Origin: Camelus dromedarius
Taxonomy: Eukaryota
Direction of reading: 5' to 3'
Assembly: GCF_036321535.1 (NCBI RefSeq)
Contig: NC_087437.1
Coordinates: 100,752,001-100,816,000, forward strand
Length of the DNA stretch: 64,000 nucleotides
Numbering within the stretch: the stretch's first letter is position 1; every line of letters begins with the position of its first letter. Shown here piece by piece: positions 27,562 to 40,240 of the stretch. The translations under genes were made by a program, and so were the position numbers. The notes under the pieces were generated by a model. That model searched no databases and was not told the DNA's origin. It saw only the letters and a program-made list of their open reading frames with translations.

Positions 27562-29280
27562 AATTCATCTCTAAACCTCGTATTTTTTCTTGGCCAAAAG
27601 CACATCCCACTCTCTTTGCATACAGAAATGTTTACCTTATTTCTAGTAGCTTTAATACGTATATTAATTAGAACTCTTAAACCTTAGAAGCCTTAATGTC
27701 TAGTGAAAACTAAGAAGAAGGTAAAGACTGTGAACTGTATGTCATACAAGCATTTTTTTTAGACTGGCAAATTTATTTATACATAATTTCTAGAAACATG
27801 CTCCTTTACAGTACAGTCATTAATATGACATAAAACATATTAACTAAGACCCAAATTTATCTTTATTTTCTTTGTAATAGGTAGCCCAAAGTGTTAAACC
27901 TATGATCTTTAACATTTCATTGTTAATTTGAAAGTGATCTGGATATTAAATTTCTGTCATATAGTTTAACTTAGTAGCTAGGATGAACTAGTTACTTTGG
28001 TAACTGAATTTTGTTACCAAGAAGATTTTGGAAGCTGTTTTTAAGTATTTGCTGACAAATTTCACAACAGAGATACTATGAATTGACTGATAAAACCCAG
28101 GTAGAATAAAAGTTTATCTACGTTGTATTCAATGTTGATAACTTTAAAGACATGTCTGTTTTAATTAAACTAATGAACTTAAATTACTGAAGATTATTCC
28201 AGATCATGGGAACTTGAAAAACATTTGGGTTAGTTTGTTACTTCTGAGAACTTTATAATGCCCAATCCTTATAAAAGCTTGCCTTCAAACCAACTAAATA
28301 GAGCTTTTTCAAAACTAATTTTGGCAATACCATCTGTAGGTAGAAAAACATCACACATCTACAACATGCATATATGGACACACATACAAACATATAGACA
28401 GACACAGAGACAGGATAGTTACTAATATTTGTGGAAACTTGTAAGATTTTTCCCTAGCCCAATTTCTAAATGCCTCTTTTTTTTTTTTTTTTTCCTTAGG
28501 AGAATCTTCTCCCTAAGGTTTGCATTTCAAAGAGTTGCTCTTAGATTCTAGAGAAGATGAAGTTGGGATAGTTACATCACAAAGGCACAGGTTAAGCACA
28601 GCACAATTCTGTTTTCCACATCTTGATCTTTTCAAGCATTATGAGAGAAATAGATGAGGTTTGACGGATTGGCAAAAAAAAAGGAGGGGGCCGATGAACT
28701 TTGAACTTCTATGGCCTGCAGAGATATGCACTATAGTATTCAATTGCCCAAATAATTTGTTTTGGGTACCTTTTATTTCTTTAACTGTGTGTTAGCCTTT
28801 TGAAATCTTTCAGTGATGCATTTTGGAGGCTTCTGAATACTAATTAAAATAGGTACTCCATTCTATTTGTATTCTGTTTGATTTGGGAGCTCTTGCTTTT
28901 AAGTGCATTTCTTAAATCTTATACATTTGGAATGGTCCTGTAATGACCACTGTAATTTCCCCTGAGGGCTGGCGGCAGTTGGTAGGTCCCTGCCTGCAAA
29001 TAGAGTTCAGCCAGTTTAGCCATGTCTTGCTGCAAGTGGGGTACGACTTAAATTTCTATTTGTCCGTATTTTGGAGCCTGTAACCTGACAGCTCTCAAGG
29101 CAAGCTCTCAGGACACAAAACAGCTTTGTAAGATAGGTCATTTTTATAAATATCTACAGCTTCTGGGATCACAGTTCTCAGACACAAGATAAGCAGGTGT
29201 GTTAAGAACGTGGCAACTCAACTCTTCGAATATAAAGGGTCCAATTTAAACAAAATTTTATTCGCCTAAGTTCTCTTGCT

Positions 29281-29385
29281 GGACCCAGTTTAGCCTAAAT
29301 CAGACCCAGTCTGGTTTTTAAATTGGACCTAGTCCAATCTCAGACCCAGTCTGGTTTTTAAGTCAGACCCAATCCCATTCTAGCC
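29281..29385. repeat. Short tandem-like repeats in ERV leader
   Basis: Repeated tcagacccagtctggtttttaa units. Confidence 0.7.
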
Positions 29386-29968
29386 TGTAACCATCAACAG
29401 TTCCCAGCATGGAATCTGGGGAAAGTTCCAAACAAATAGGAAACTGCAAGCTAAACTAACAGCAGTTCCCAGTGTGCAATGTGGAGACAGAACCAGGAGC
29501 TGGGTTTTTTCTGCCCAAATACCTGGGAATTGCACTCTGACAGGCCAGCTTGTGTCCTGGGGTTAAGTGGCTCTCCCCAGGCCTAGAATTGTTTTTGTTT
29601 CTTAATTCTTTTTTTTTTTTTTTTTTTTTTTTAACAATTGCAAAGCATGGATTATGCAAGTTAGAAATTGTTAGGAAGTTTTATCATCTATTTTTTCCTC
29701 ATTTGCTTATTAGGTCGTTCTGTCTTATTTTATTAGCTTTTATATATTATGAATGTGTCTAGTGATCCAATGTGATGGTTTTAAAGGTGAGATATGAGAT
29801 GAGAGAGGAAGATCCCAGTTTTAGGTGTACACACAATCTTATGAATCATGTCGCTGTGCTAGTGCAGCAAGGGGTACAACACAAGTCCTTTATGATGAAA
29901 GTTGCTTATCAATAAGGTGTTTATTGGCTGTTCATCCAAGCTGTCTTATTTCCTTGCTCTTTGTGACC

Positions 29969-29999
<31 letters not shown>

Positions 30000-30600
30000 G
30001 ACAGGTCTGGGCGTGGCTTCTGCAAAATTGAAGAGACAGTTCACTGCAAATCCTAGTCATTTGACAAGTAAAGGTGCCGATTAATTTTAAATGGTTATTG
30101 GAATCTCAAAACAGAGTAAAGTTTTTGTGAAAGGAAAAAAAGTCTTAGTAAAAAGGCTCAGGAAGTTTGGTATTTAGTGGCAGACATGGAACTTACTTCT
30201 CAGAGAAGGTAAAGTCATGCTGTTGGTGATAACATGCTTAATGGCTAAAATAATAAGTTGTAAAATTATAAGGAGGGAAATTCTAAAGGAAAGATGCAGT
30301 AGAAGAAATTGAGAATGTTCCACTCTTAGGTAGTATGTTACATTAGGCACAAAAGGCTAAAGAGATCTCAGGTGATAAACTGATAAAAGATGAGTTTTAT
30401 ATTCAGGTAGATGAGTCAGGTTTTACCAATAATTATCATGTAGCATTTGTAAGATTTATAATATGATGGTGAAATTCTGAAAAGTTATTTTTGCTGGAGA
30501 GAGTTGCCTGATATTAGCAAACTTTAAGATACACTTGATTTGGTCTCTTGTCTGGAAATAAAAGCCTTGTTCTGACTCCATGACTGATTTACCTCTATAG

Positions 30601-31015
30601 GAAAGGAAAGAATATCCCAACACAGTCATTACACTCTTTTCAGAGAGCGCTCCTGTGAAAACTCTTAGATAAAACAGAGCTCTAGATGATCGTACAAAAC
30701 TGTTAACTATTAGTTTTATTATCACTCAAGTATGAGTGAAAAATTGGAGACTTGGACCAAGGGCACAGAATGTCCTGACTACAGAAATGTATCATCTTAG
30801 CAGAGGCGGATTTCTGACCGGTAAGTTGTGGGAGGACTTCCAAAAAAAAAAGAAGAGCCAGATTTTGCAGAGTTCTCTGAAGATGAACATGGCTGTAGGA
30901 ACCAGCCTACTCAGCAAACACTTTTTGTCTAAGAAAGAGTCTCTGCAAGGCCCTGGGAAAACGTTGCGACCTCAGGCGGCAAGACGGCTTGTATCTAAAA
31001 GAAAACTGATAACGG
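30601..31015 (+). pseudogene. Pseudo-exon(s), two spectrin-repeat fragments
   Basis: Acceptor ctctatag (30600). KERISQHSHYTLFRERSCENS*IKQ has TAG at the helix-A Trp. Track ORF 30736-31041 contains EMYHLSRGGFLTGKLW (cf. EVHQFSRDASVAEAW) and SLLSKHFLSKKE...AARRLVSKRK (cf. LMNNHQGIKAE...GKSLLARKH). Confidence 0.6.
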
Positions 31016-31960
31016 CCATCGAAACAGGAGTGAGGTGTTAGCTTTTTGTGGTTTTGACTTGCATTTCTGATTAGTGAGGTTTATTGTCTGTCTAGATACT
31101 TACTGGCTATTTGTATGTTTTCCTAGTGAAATGTCTATTGAAGTCTAGCTTGTTTTATTATTTTTTTTCATACTTTAGGAGCCTTTTACTTTTGTAAAAT
31201 ATTTCTGCACTAAAGATGACTTTCTTGATTCTGTTCTGATTTTAAAGAAGAAAAATTTGTGGTAGTAGTCAACTTTCCTTCTCTTAAGAGATTTAGGCAC
31301 AGATGTTGCAATGCTTGACTATTAGATTTTTTTTTGCCCTGAGGTTCTATTTATTTATTTTTAAGTATAGTCACTTTACAATATTGTGTCCATTTTTAGT
31401 GTACTGCATAAAGTTTCAGTCATACATATACATACATATATTCGTTTTCATATTCTGTTTCATTATAGGTTACTACAAGATACTGAATATAGTTCCCTGT
31501 GCTACACAGAAGAAACTTGTCCATCTATTTTATATATAGTAGTTAGTATCTGCAAATCTTGAACTCCCAATTTATCCCTTCTCATCCCCCCATTCCCCTA
31601 GTAACCATAAGTTTTTTTCCCAAGATCTGTAAGTCTGTTTCTATTTTGTAAATAAGTTCATTTGTATCTTTTTATTTCTTAAGTTGTAAGAGTTCCTAAG
31701 TGAAATAAGCCAGTCACAAAAGAACAAGTACTGCATGAGTCTACTTACATGAGGTATTCTAAAACAGTTAAGCTCATCGAATCAGAGTAAGGTTGTGGTT
31801 GTCAGGGGCTAGGTGGAGGAGGAAATAGGGAGGTGCTAATAATCAACAGGCATAAAGCCTCAATTATTCAGGGTGAATAAGCTCCAGACATTTGCTGAAC
31901 GTCATTCCTACAGTTAATAATACTGTATTGTTAAAACTTAAAAGTTGTTAACTTAAAAAC
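31016..31960. mobile_element. Cluster of L1 fragments (- ORF2 piece, - 3' end 31345-31680, + older 3' end 31693-31960)
   Basis: Recognisable L1 3' motifs (gtgaggtg..tgtggttttgacttgcatttc; ctaagtgaaataagccagtcacaaaag). Confidence 0.8.
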
Positions 31961-32145
31961 TTGAGTTGAAAAAACCTGAAACTTTGTTAAAATCATGATG
32001 AAAATTTTGATGTTTTCACTGCTGCATGAGTTTGAGCAAGAGGAAGGCAAGAATTGAGAAAAGGCAAATGTTCAGTGTCATTGAGACTGTCTGGGAGAAC
32101 CGCTTAACGTTGGGAATAAATGTCCTTCCTTTTCAACCTAACTAG

Positions 32146-32300
32146 GTGACAGGGACAGGGGAGAGTCCTTTCTCTGACTTGTCTGCTTGGCTTGGAAACT
32201 TGACTTTGAGAGACTGATTGCTCAGCTCCTAGACAAGTTCTAGATTTCTGTGAAGAAGGGCATCTAGCCACTCATAGGACAGTGTGCATGTATGCTGCGG
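32146..32300 (+). pseudogene. Pseudo-exon, spectrin repeat
   Basis: Branch point and acceptor cctaactag (32145). FSDLSAWLG (helix A), then after a frameshift DFERLIAQLLDKF* (cf. recalled SPTB DFDHVTLLRDKF). Confidence 0.55.
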
Positions 32301-33099
32301 TTTCCAACTTGCTGCATACACGAGCAAGTGTTTTCATATTATACGAGCATCATAAACAAGGAAGGAAGTCATGTCATGCCAGTTTAAACAAAAAAGTGTG
32401 CTTATCTTAAGTTTGATCCCAAATGAGTATCTAGGCAGCAAAAAAACAAACCGACAACAACAAAAAAGCAAGCATTTTCATGTTAAAGATGTAAATTTCT
32501 ATCTTTATTTTTGTTTTAAAACACAGCACTTTTTATGGTTATATAGCCTATTTTAAAAAGATCAAGAAACCAAATACATTTGTGTAATTAATCAGTCCTA
32601 TACTTGAACCTGAATATATCACTTATCATGAAACTGTGTTTTCAAAGTCTTGTATAAAGAAGCAATAGGTGGTATTTTTGTTTGTGCTGCTTCCACTTAA
32701 GGTTTCAATCAATCTAGTTTTTACCTGGTCAGTAAGATTTTAAGTATATAAAGATTATTTAAAATCCATTATCTACCTTTATTAAAATTAAATCTTAAAT
32801 CTACTGACCCTACCTTTGGAAAAGTTAATCCTGTTTTTCACTTATTATGTTGTCCTTATGAGTTTTTAAAAGAGATTAACTTCAAGAATCGTAAGGTATG
32901 TTCAATTACTTCTTAATAATGTTAACTTTCAAAGTCATCTTACTCTAAAATTGGTGAGAACTACATATTATAACTCTAACTTCTTGTATAGTAGAAACTT
33001 GTGGTAAGACTTTAGGCCTACTTGGATAAAGTAAAAAAAAAAAAAAAATTAAATAAAAAACTGAAGAAAAGTACTAAATACTGATTTGCCTTGGAATTG

Positions 33100-34010
33100 A
33101 TATCATTAAGAATGGCCAAAATGTTGGTGTGGATGTAGAAAAGGGAAATTTTGTGCACTATTGACGGGATTGTAAATTGGTATGGCCACTATGAAAAACA
33201 ATATGGAGGTTCCCAGAAAATTAAAAATGGAACTACCATATAATCCAGTAATTCTGCTTCTGGGAGTATATCCAAAAGAAACAAAAACACTAACTTAGAA
33301 AGATATCTGTAACCTTGTGTTTACAGCAGCATTATTTAAAATAGCCAAGACATAGAAATAACCTGAGTGTCCATTGATGGATGAGTGGATAAAGAAGTGG
33401 TGTGTGTGTGTGTGTGTACACACACACACCATATGTATATACATACACCACATATATGTACATATACTATATATCATATATATAATATACCATATATATG
33501 ATGGAATATTATTCAGCCATAAAAAGCAAGGAAATTTTACTGTTTAGGACATGGATGGACTTTGAAGACATTATGCTAAGTAAAATAAGTCAAAGACAAC
33601 TGTGTGATCTCTCTTACATTTAGAATCTAGTTAAAAAAAAAAAAACACACGTGGAAAAAAGATCACATTTGTGGTTACCAAGTGTGGGGAGGGGAATTTG
33701 GAGGAAGGCTGGTCAAAAGGTACAAACTTTCAGTTATGATAAATAAGTACTGGGGATGTCATGCACAACATGATCACTATAGTTAATACTGCTGTATGGT
33801 ATACAGGAAAGTTGTTAAGATAGTACATCCCAGGAGTTCTCATCACAAGGAGAAATTTGTTATTGTTGTTGTCATGTCTATATGAGATGATGGATGTTAA
33901 CTAAACCTACTGTGGTAATCCTTTCAGAATATATGTAAGTCAAACCACCACACCGTACATTTTAAATTATACAGTGATGTGTGTCAATTATTTTTCAAAA
34001 CTAGAAAAAA
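33100..34010 (+). mobile_element. L1 3' end (L1MA-like) with TG/TA microsatellite
   Basis: ORF2 C-terminal and 3' UTR motifs, with an A-rich tail. Confidence 0.85.
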
Positions 34011-34599
34011 TAAGAAACAAACAAAAAAATGAGATTATCCTTGGGAAGCCATAACAACACAAAAAGACAGGTTGTTAGCCTAAGCCAAGACATTATATTA
34101 TTATTGGATTATTATATCTCCTGCTGACTAGGTTAATACATAAGATATTGGGACAATAATATTTATGTGGCAGTTTCCTAAGATATGAGATGTTCTTTTC
34201 AGAGTTGGGCTAGGATAAAAATTTTGAGAAAGGCATATCCAGAGAGATCAGATTTATCTTGCTCAAAACATTTCATGGTATGTTTGCAGTATGCAGCAAA
34301 TCTTGGCAAGGCCCTTGTTTATCTTCCAGCAAGTGAATTAATTGGTCAAGACTTACAGTGGCCCCAAAACTTCCTTGGTTTTTTGAGAAGGGAATTTGAT
34401 ATTCAGACCTACTGGTAACATTTTTCTTCCTCACCCTAGAAAGCTGCTCCTTAGATTTTTCCCCTCTGGGTGGATGGATGACGGTTGCCATTTACCAGAT
34501 TTACAAGTTGAAGTCCCTTTCCTCACTCTCCTGCTGCCATTCAGAACAGCAAGTCCAAACCAACCTAAAGAGTATCCTGAGTTAGGGTTAGCCACACAC

Positions 34600-35720
34600 A
34601 CTTCTCTTCCATCTCCACTGCTGCATCCCTGTGTGAACCATGACTGTCTCTTGCCATGCTTACCATGATTAACCAAATAGCCTAACTAGTCTCCCTGCTT
34701 TCACGGTTGCCCTCTGCACGTCCATTCTTCTCACTAAAGAAACTGAAAAATTTTCAGAATCTCAAATCCTTTTGGCCTTCCTACTCCCCTCCCCAAATTA
34801 AGATTATTCAATGGTTTCCCATCATATTAAAAAAAAAATTCTTATCCACAAGCCCTTTATGCTCAGTCCCCTGCCCACATCTATAACTGTATCTCACATG
34901 ATCCCCTGATCCTTGGTCTTCAGGTGCACTAGCCTCCTTTTGTGTTCCTGAAAGAGCCAAACTCATCCCCTATTTAGTGCCTTCGCTCTACTTGTCTCAT
35001 TTCCTGGAAACCTTTCCCTCTGATTTAAAAATCTGGCTCCTCTTTGTCTCAATCATACTTTAATGTCACCTCTCAGAGAGGCTTTTCTTGAGCCCTAACT
35101 TAAAGTAACCAACAATTCATTCTTTATTACATCCTTCTATTTCAATTCTATGTATGACATTTTCATATAATTTATTATATTTTATATAATTATATCTAAC
35201 GTGTATACAGTAAGCCATCTGTATCTGTAGGTTCGACATACTTAGATTCAACCAATCATGGATCAAAAATGTTAAAAAAACAAAACAAAACAAAACAAAA
35301 CAAACCTCCAGAAGTTTCCAAAAAGCAAAGCTTGAATTGGCTGTGTACTGGCAACTATTTACATAGCATTTACATTGTATTTACAGCTATCTACATATAA
35401 CTTATATTGCATTAGACATTGTAGTAATCTACAGATAATTTAAAGTATACAGAATAGCGTGCATAGGTTATATGTAAATACTATGCCATTTTATAAAATG
35501 AACTTGAGCATCTGAGGATTTTGGTATCCATGAGGGGGTCCTGGAACCAATCCCCCTTGGATGCCAAGGGACGACTTTTATGATTCTGATTTACATACAT
35601 TTTACTTTTTGTGTCTTCCTAATAGAAGGCAAACAAAGAAAATAGGGACATTATCTATTACCTGTGTTGTTCACCGTATATCTCAGCCAATAGTAGTGCC
35701 TGGAATTAAAAAGTACTTAA
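34600..35720 (+). mobile_element. L2 3' fragment interrupted by MER2
   Basis: L2 motifs (aatagcctaactagtctccctgc; gtcacctctcagagagg; gtagtgcctgg). Confidence 0.7.
35208..35577 (-). mobile_element. MER2/Tigger-family DNA transposon (MITE)
   Basis: Ends with gggggtcctggaaccaatccccc..ggatgccaagggacgact, with an imperfect TIR at the left following TA. Confidence 0.85.
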
Positions 35721-35726
35721 AGAATA

Positions 35727-37595
35727 CACCCATTTATGATAAAAACTCTCACCAAAGTGGGTATAGAGGGAACATTTCTCAACATAATAAAAGCTATATA
35801 TGATAAACCTACAGCCAACATAGTACTCAATGGTGAATGACTCAAAAGCTTCCCACTAAAATCTGGGACAAGTCTGCCCGCTATCACCACTCCTATTCAA
35901 TAGTCTTGGAAGTCCTAGCCACAGCACTCAGGCAAGAGAGAGAAATAAAAGGGATCCAAATTAGAAAAGAAGAGGTGAAGGTGTCACTATATGCAGATGA
36001 CATGATACTATATATAGAAAACCCTAAAAGGTCCACACAAAGACTACTAGAGCTGATCGAAGAATTCAGCAAGGTAGCAGGTTACAAGATTAATGTTCAA
36101 AAATCAGTTGCATTTCTTTACACTAATGATGAATCAACAGGAAAAGAAAGTAAAGAAACAATCCCCTTTAAAACAGCACCCAAAGTAATAAAATACCTAG
36201 GAATAAATCTAACCAAGGAGGTGAAAGACTTATACACGGAGAACTATAAAACATTTTAAAGAAGACTTTAAAAATAGAAAGATATCTATGCTCCTCGATT
36301 GGAAGAATCAATATTGTTAAAGTGGTCATACTGCCCAAGGCAAGCTACAGATTTAATGCAATCCCTATCAAATTACCCAGGACATATTTCACAGAACTAG
36401 AACAAGTCATAATAAAATTTACATGGAAACACAAAAGACCTAGAATTGCCAAAACACTACTGAAGAAAAAGAAAGAGGCTGGAGGAATAACTCTCCCAGA
36501 CTTCAGACAATACTACAGAGCTACAGTCATCAAGACAGCATGGTATTGGTACAAAAACAGACATGTGGACCAATGGAACAGAATACAGAGCCCAGAAATG
36601 ACCCCACAAACTTTTGGTCAACTAATCTTTGACAAAGGAGGCAAGAATATACAATGTAATAAAGACAGTCTCTTCAGCAAATGATGTTGGGAAAACTGGA
36701 CAGCAGCATGTAAATCAATGAAGCTAGAACACTCCCTTACACCATACACAGAAATAAACTCAAAATGGATCAAAGACTTAAACATAAGACAAGATACAAT
36801 AAACCTCCTAGAGGAAAATATAGGCAAAACATTATCTGGCATACATCTCAAAAATGCTCTCCTAGGGCAGTCTACCCAAGCAATAGAAATAAAAGCAAGG
36901 ATAAACAAATGGGACCTAATTAAACCTACAAGCTTCTGCACAGCAAAGGAAACCATAAGTAAAACAAAAAGACAACCTTCGGAATGGGAGAAAATTTTTG
37001 CAAATGAAACCAACAAAGGTTTGATCTTCAGAATATATAAGCAGCTCATACGACTCATTAAGAAAAAAATAAACAACCCAATCCAAAAATGGGCAGAAGA
37101 CCTAAACAAGCAATTCTCCGAGGAAGAAATACAAATGCTCAATATCACTAATTATCAAAGAAATGCAAATCAAAACTACAGTGAGGTATCACCTCACACC
37201 AGTCAGAATGGCCATTGTTCAAAAATCCACAGATGACAAATGCTGGAGAGGCTGTGGAGAAAAGGGAACCTTCCTACACTGCTGGTGGGAATGCAATTTG
37301 GTGCAGCCACTGTGGAAAACAGTATGGAGATTCCTCAAAAGACTAGGAATAGACTTACCATATGACCTAGGAATCCTGCTCCTGGGCATATATCCAGAAG
37401 GAACCCTACTTCAAAAAAACACCTGCACCCCAATGTTCATAATAGCACTATTTACAATAGCCAAGACATGGAAACAGCCTAAATGTCCATTGACAGATGA
37501 CTGGATAAAAAAGAAGTGGTATATTTATACAATGGAATACTATTCAGCCATAAAAACCGACAACATAATGCCATTTGCAGCACTATGGATGTTCC
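35727..37595 (+). mobile_element. Young L1 ORF2 internal fragment lacking 3' UTR and poly-A
   Basis: ORFs with YADD and C-terminal motifs, highly similar to the L1 at 20256-23196. Direct repeat TAAAGAATA at 35718-35726 and 37596-37604. Confidence 0.95.
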
Positions 37596-39249
37596 TAAAG
37601 AATAAATATTTATTGCTGGCCATGCTTAAAAAAATGCAGATTGGCAATGACTGGCATATCATCTCTCCTCCAGCTAGGTTCTGAAGAGGTCAGAAGCAAG
37701 TGGCAATCATTCTGCACATGGTAAATATAGTATGACATACCCAAGTTCTATACTCAGCACCTTAGTTTCTTGTGTATAATATGAGAATGCTGGATTAGAA
37801 CGATGGTCAAAGTCCTTTCCAGCTCTAGGAATATACATTCCTTGATGAACTGGTAAATCGTCTTGTGGTCTTAATTACTAAGTATCTACCTCAATCTCTA
37901 CTTTAAATCTGAGGATGAAAGAATTGTACCATAACACCAAAACTGCCATGCCTGTTAATATTAATCTTTGATGTATCTGAGATTTTTCTAATCAGTTCTA
38001 ATTAAATTCCCTTAAACGTGGTTTATTGCAAACTATATCTCAAATAACTTGTGCTATTACTATAAAATTATCAACATTAAACTTTTATTAAAACGAAGTG
38101 AAAAAGATAACATTTCTAAATGTTAGGAAAAATTTCCTCTTTTAATGTGGAAGATTTTCAAATATTTTTCTCAGATCTCCAACTAGAAATGTTTATTTCC
38201 ATTTCCTATAGAATTGCTGTGTTACAATTAACTGTAAGTGGTGACTGGCATGTGTAACTGACAAACAATATTTTGAGAGAGGGGAGTAGCTTTCACAAAA
38301 TCAATATGAATCCATTTGGGAAAGTGGAATTGTTTAGAGAAATGTCTTCACTCAGTTTTTGCCCATTTACTGAAAACAGTGTCTAACTAAAATTGAAAAA
38401 GCAATGTTCTTCTAAACATCTACCCATTAAATATTGTATAAAACATGATTTTATGGCTATTATCACAAATACTTTCTTCCTATTCAATAATTTCCTTATT
38501 CCCTTGTGACTGATTGCATCAATTTTAGCAAGGGTTCCTTAAAGGAAATTTATAAAATTTTCTAGCGTCTAAAAGATATTCTTTTAATGTGTTAAATATA
38601 TACTGTTAACTATTTCTTTATATAAACATAGACATTAAATTTTACATTAATCAAAGTATCTTTGGATTTTTTATGCTTTATTATTCTGAGGAAAAGTAAA
38701 AGCCAATATTAAACAGTGATACATTATATCAGCTAATTTATGAAACTAGTCAGCAAAGCAAACAAATCTCACATTAATCTCCACTATATTAACAGAAAGC
38801 CAAGTGAAATGTTGATTTTTACACAAAACAATAAAACTAATCATTCAAACAGTTTTATTATTTCTTCCAATGATTTGTTTTTTCTTTTCTTTTCTACTAA
38901 GAATGTGGTTTGCTTTTACTACTTATCACCAACATTCATGGGGCTGAAACCTACGGCTAGAATGAAAAGCTCAATTCTCAATTCTGTCTTGCCAGATCGC
39001 TACCACAATTTCCCTTGGGAATTCTAGTACACCTTAAATCTCAACATATTCCTAAACTGAAATAATTACTTTCAGTCCCCAAGTCAGCTTCCATTGTCAA
39101 TGACCCTGTTCCTGCCAGTGATACTACTTTCCTCTTACACTCCCTCAACATTTTTAGGAAATTACATGTTAAAACCTGCACCAAACCAAACACTGATTGT
39201 ATAACAAGGACAAGGCTCCTGAAATGATGATGTTTGTAGCACGTGGAAG

Positions 39250-40240
39250 GTTCACACCAGGGTGAGTCCATTACAGTTCAAAGTAGTAAGAGGCAAAGAG
39301 GGCTCAGTGCCAGGTATCACGGAACACAGAAAGAATACCTAGCCTGGTGTTTAGATATCAGAGAAGTGTTGTGAAGAAAGCCTATCTAAATAGAGCTATA
39401 AAGGATTAGTAGAAACAAGCAGGTAAAGGAAAAGATGGAGGTGTTAGAGCAGTATTTTGGTTTATATAATCTTGTGCAAAGGTTTAGGTACAAAAGAACA
39501 CCTGCACATGTAGGAAACTAACATTCAGTATGGTGGAACAGAATATAAAGGTCATGCGATAGATGGTGTGTCTGGGAAAGTTTTTAAGGAATTGAAGTTT
39601 TGCTTAACTAATTTGAAGCAGAGGATTGGCAAGATTGTATTTTAGAGGACTGCTTGATGCCGTGAATAACCTATTTAAGATTGGCAAGAAATGAAACAGT
39701 TGGTCCAGTGGGTGATGATGGTCCAGAAGAGATCATGACAACCTCATCAAGGTTAGGAACAGTAGTGAGAGAACTGGATGGATTTAATTGGTATTAATGG
39801 AAATGGGGTCAACAAGATTTGATTTATTACATGTGAGTTTCAGTGAGACATGTGTAAAATTCACTCTGGTTTGGACATCATGGTGGGTGGTGGAACACTT
39901 ACTGAGCTACAGAACACAGGAGGACTTTACTGGAAAACATTGACTTGTTGGACATGTTGAGTGTTTAAATGGAAATGTTCATCAGGAGCTGGATATGTAG
40001 GTTGATATTCAAAATGGTAATGGCTAGAGGTTATAGATTTGGAGCAATCAGAATACAGTGGTAACTGAGGGCCTCTCAGTGGAGGAAGTAGCCAGGAAGG
40101 ATGAACAAAGTGAGAAGAAAAGTGTCCCAATGAGAACCTTGAACGTAGGGAATGAGCAGAAAGAGACTTAAGGGAGGTTTATTAAAAGTATCCTGAAAGG
40201 TAGGAGGAAAACCACATGGAGACGGGGAAATGGAGACTCA
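39250..40240 (-). mobile_element. L2 LINE fragment
   Basis: Purine-rich antisense L2 body (ttggacatgttgagtg...gttatagatttggagcaatc). Confidence 0.65.

Larger units (their letters stand above)
24496..29636 (-). mobile_element. Internally deleted ERV1-class provirus
   Basis: TG...CA termini with a 4-bp TSD ATTG (24492-24495, 29637-29640). env TM fragment with an immunosuppressive-domain-like VVLDNMIALNYF..QGGIC (25305-25583). Integrase GPYQVLLT (~26020-26050), RNase H C-terminal fragment (26677-26904), and a PPT-like tract near 24835-24846. Confidence 0.9.

Noticed and set aside
30005..30066. VWAWLLQN helix-A-like mini-exon
   Set aside because: Too short, and the acceptor is preceded by poly-A rather than pyrimidines. 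It cannot be supported on its own.
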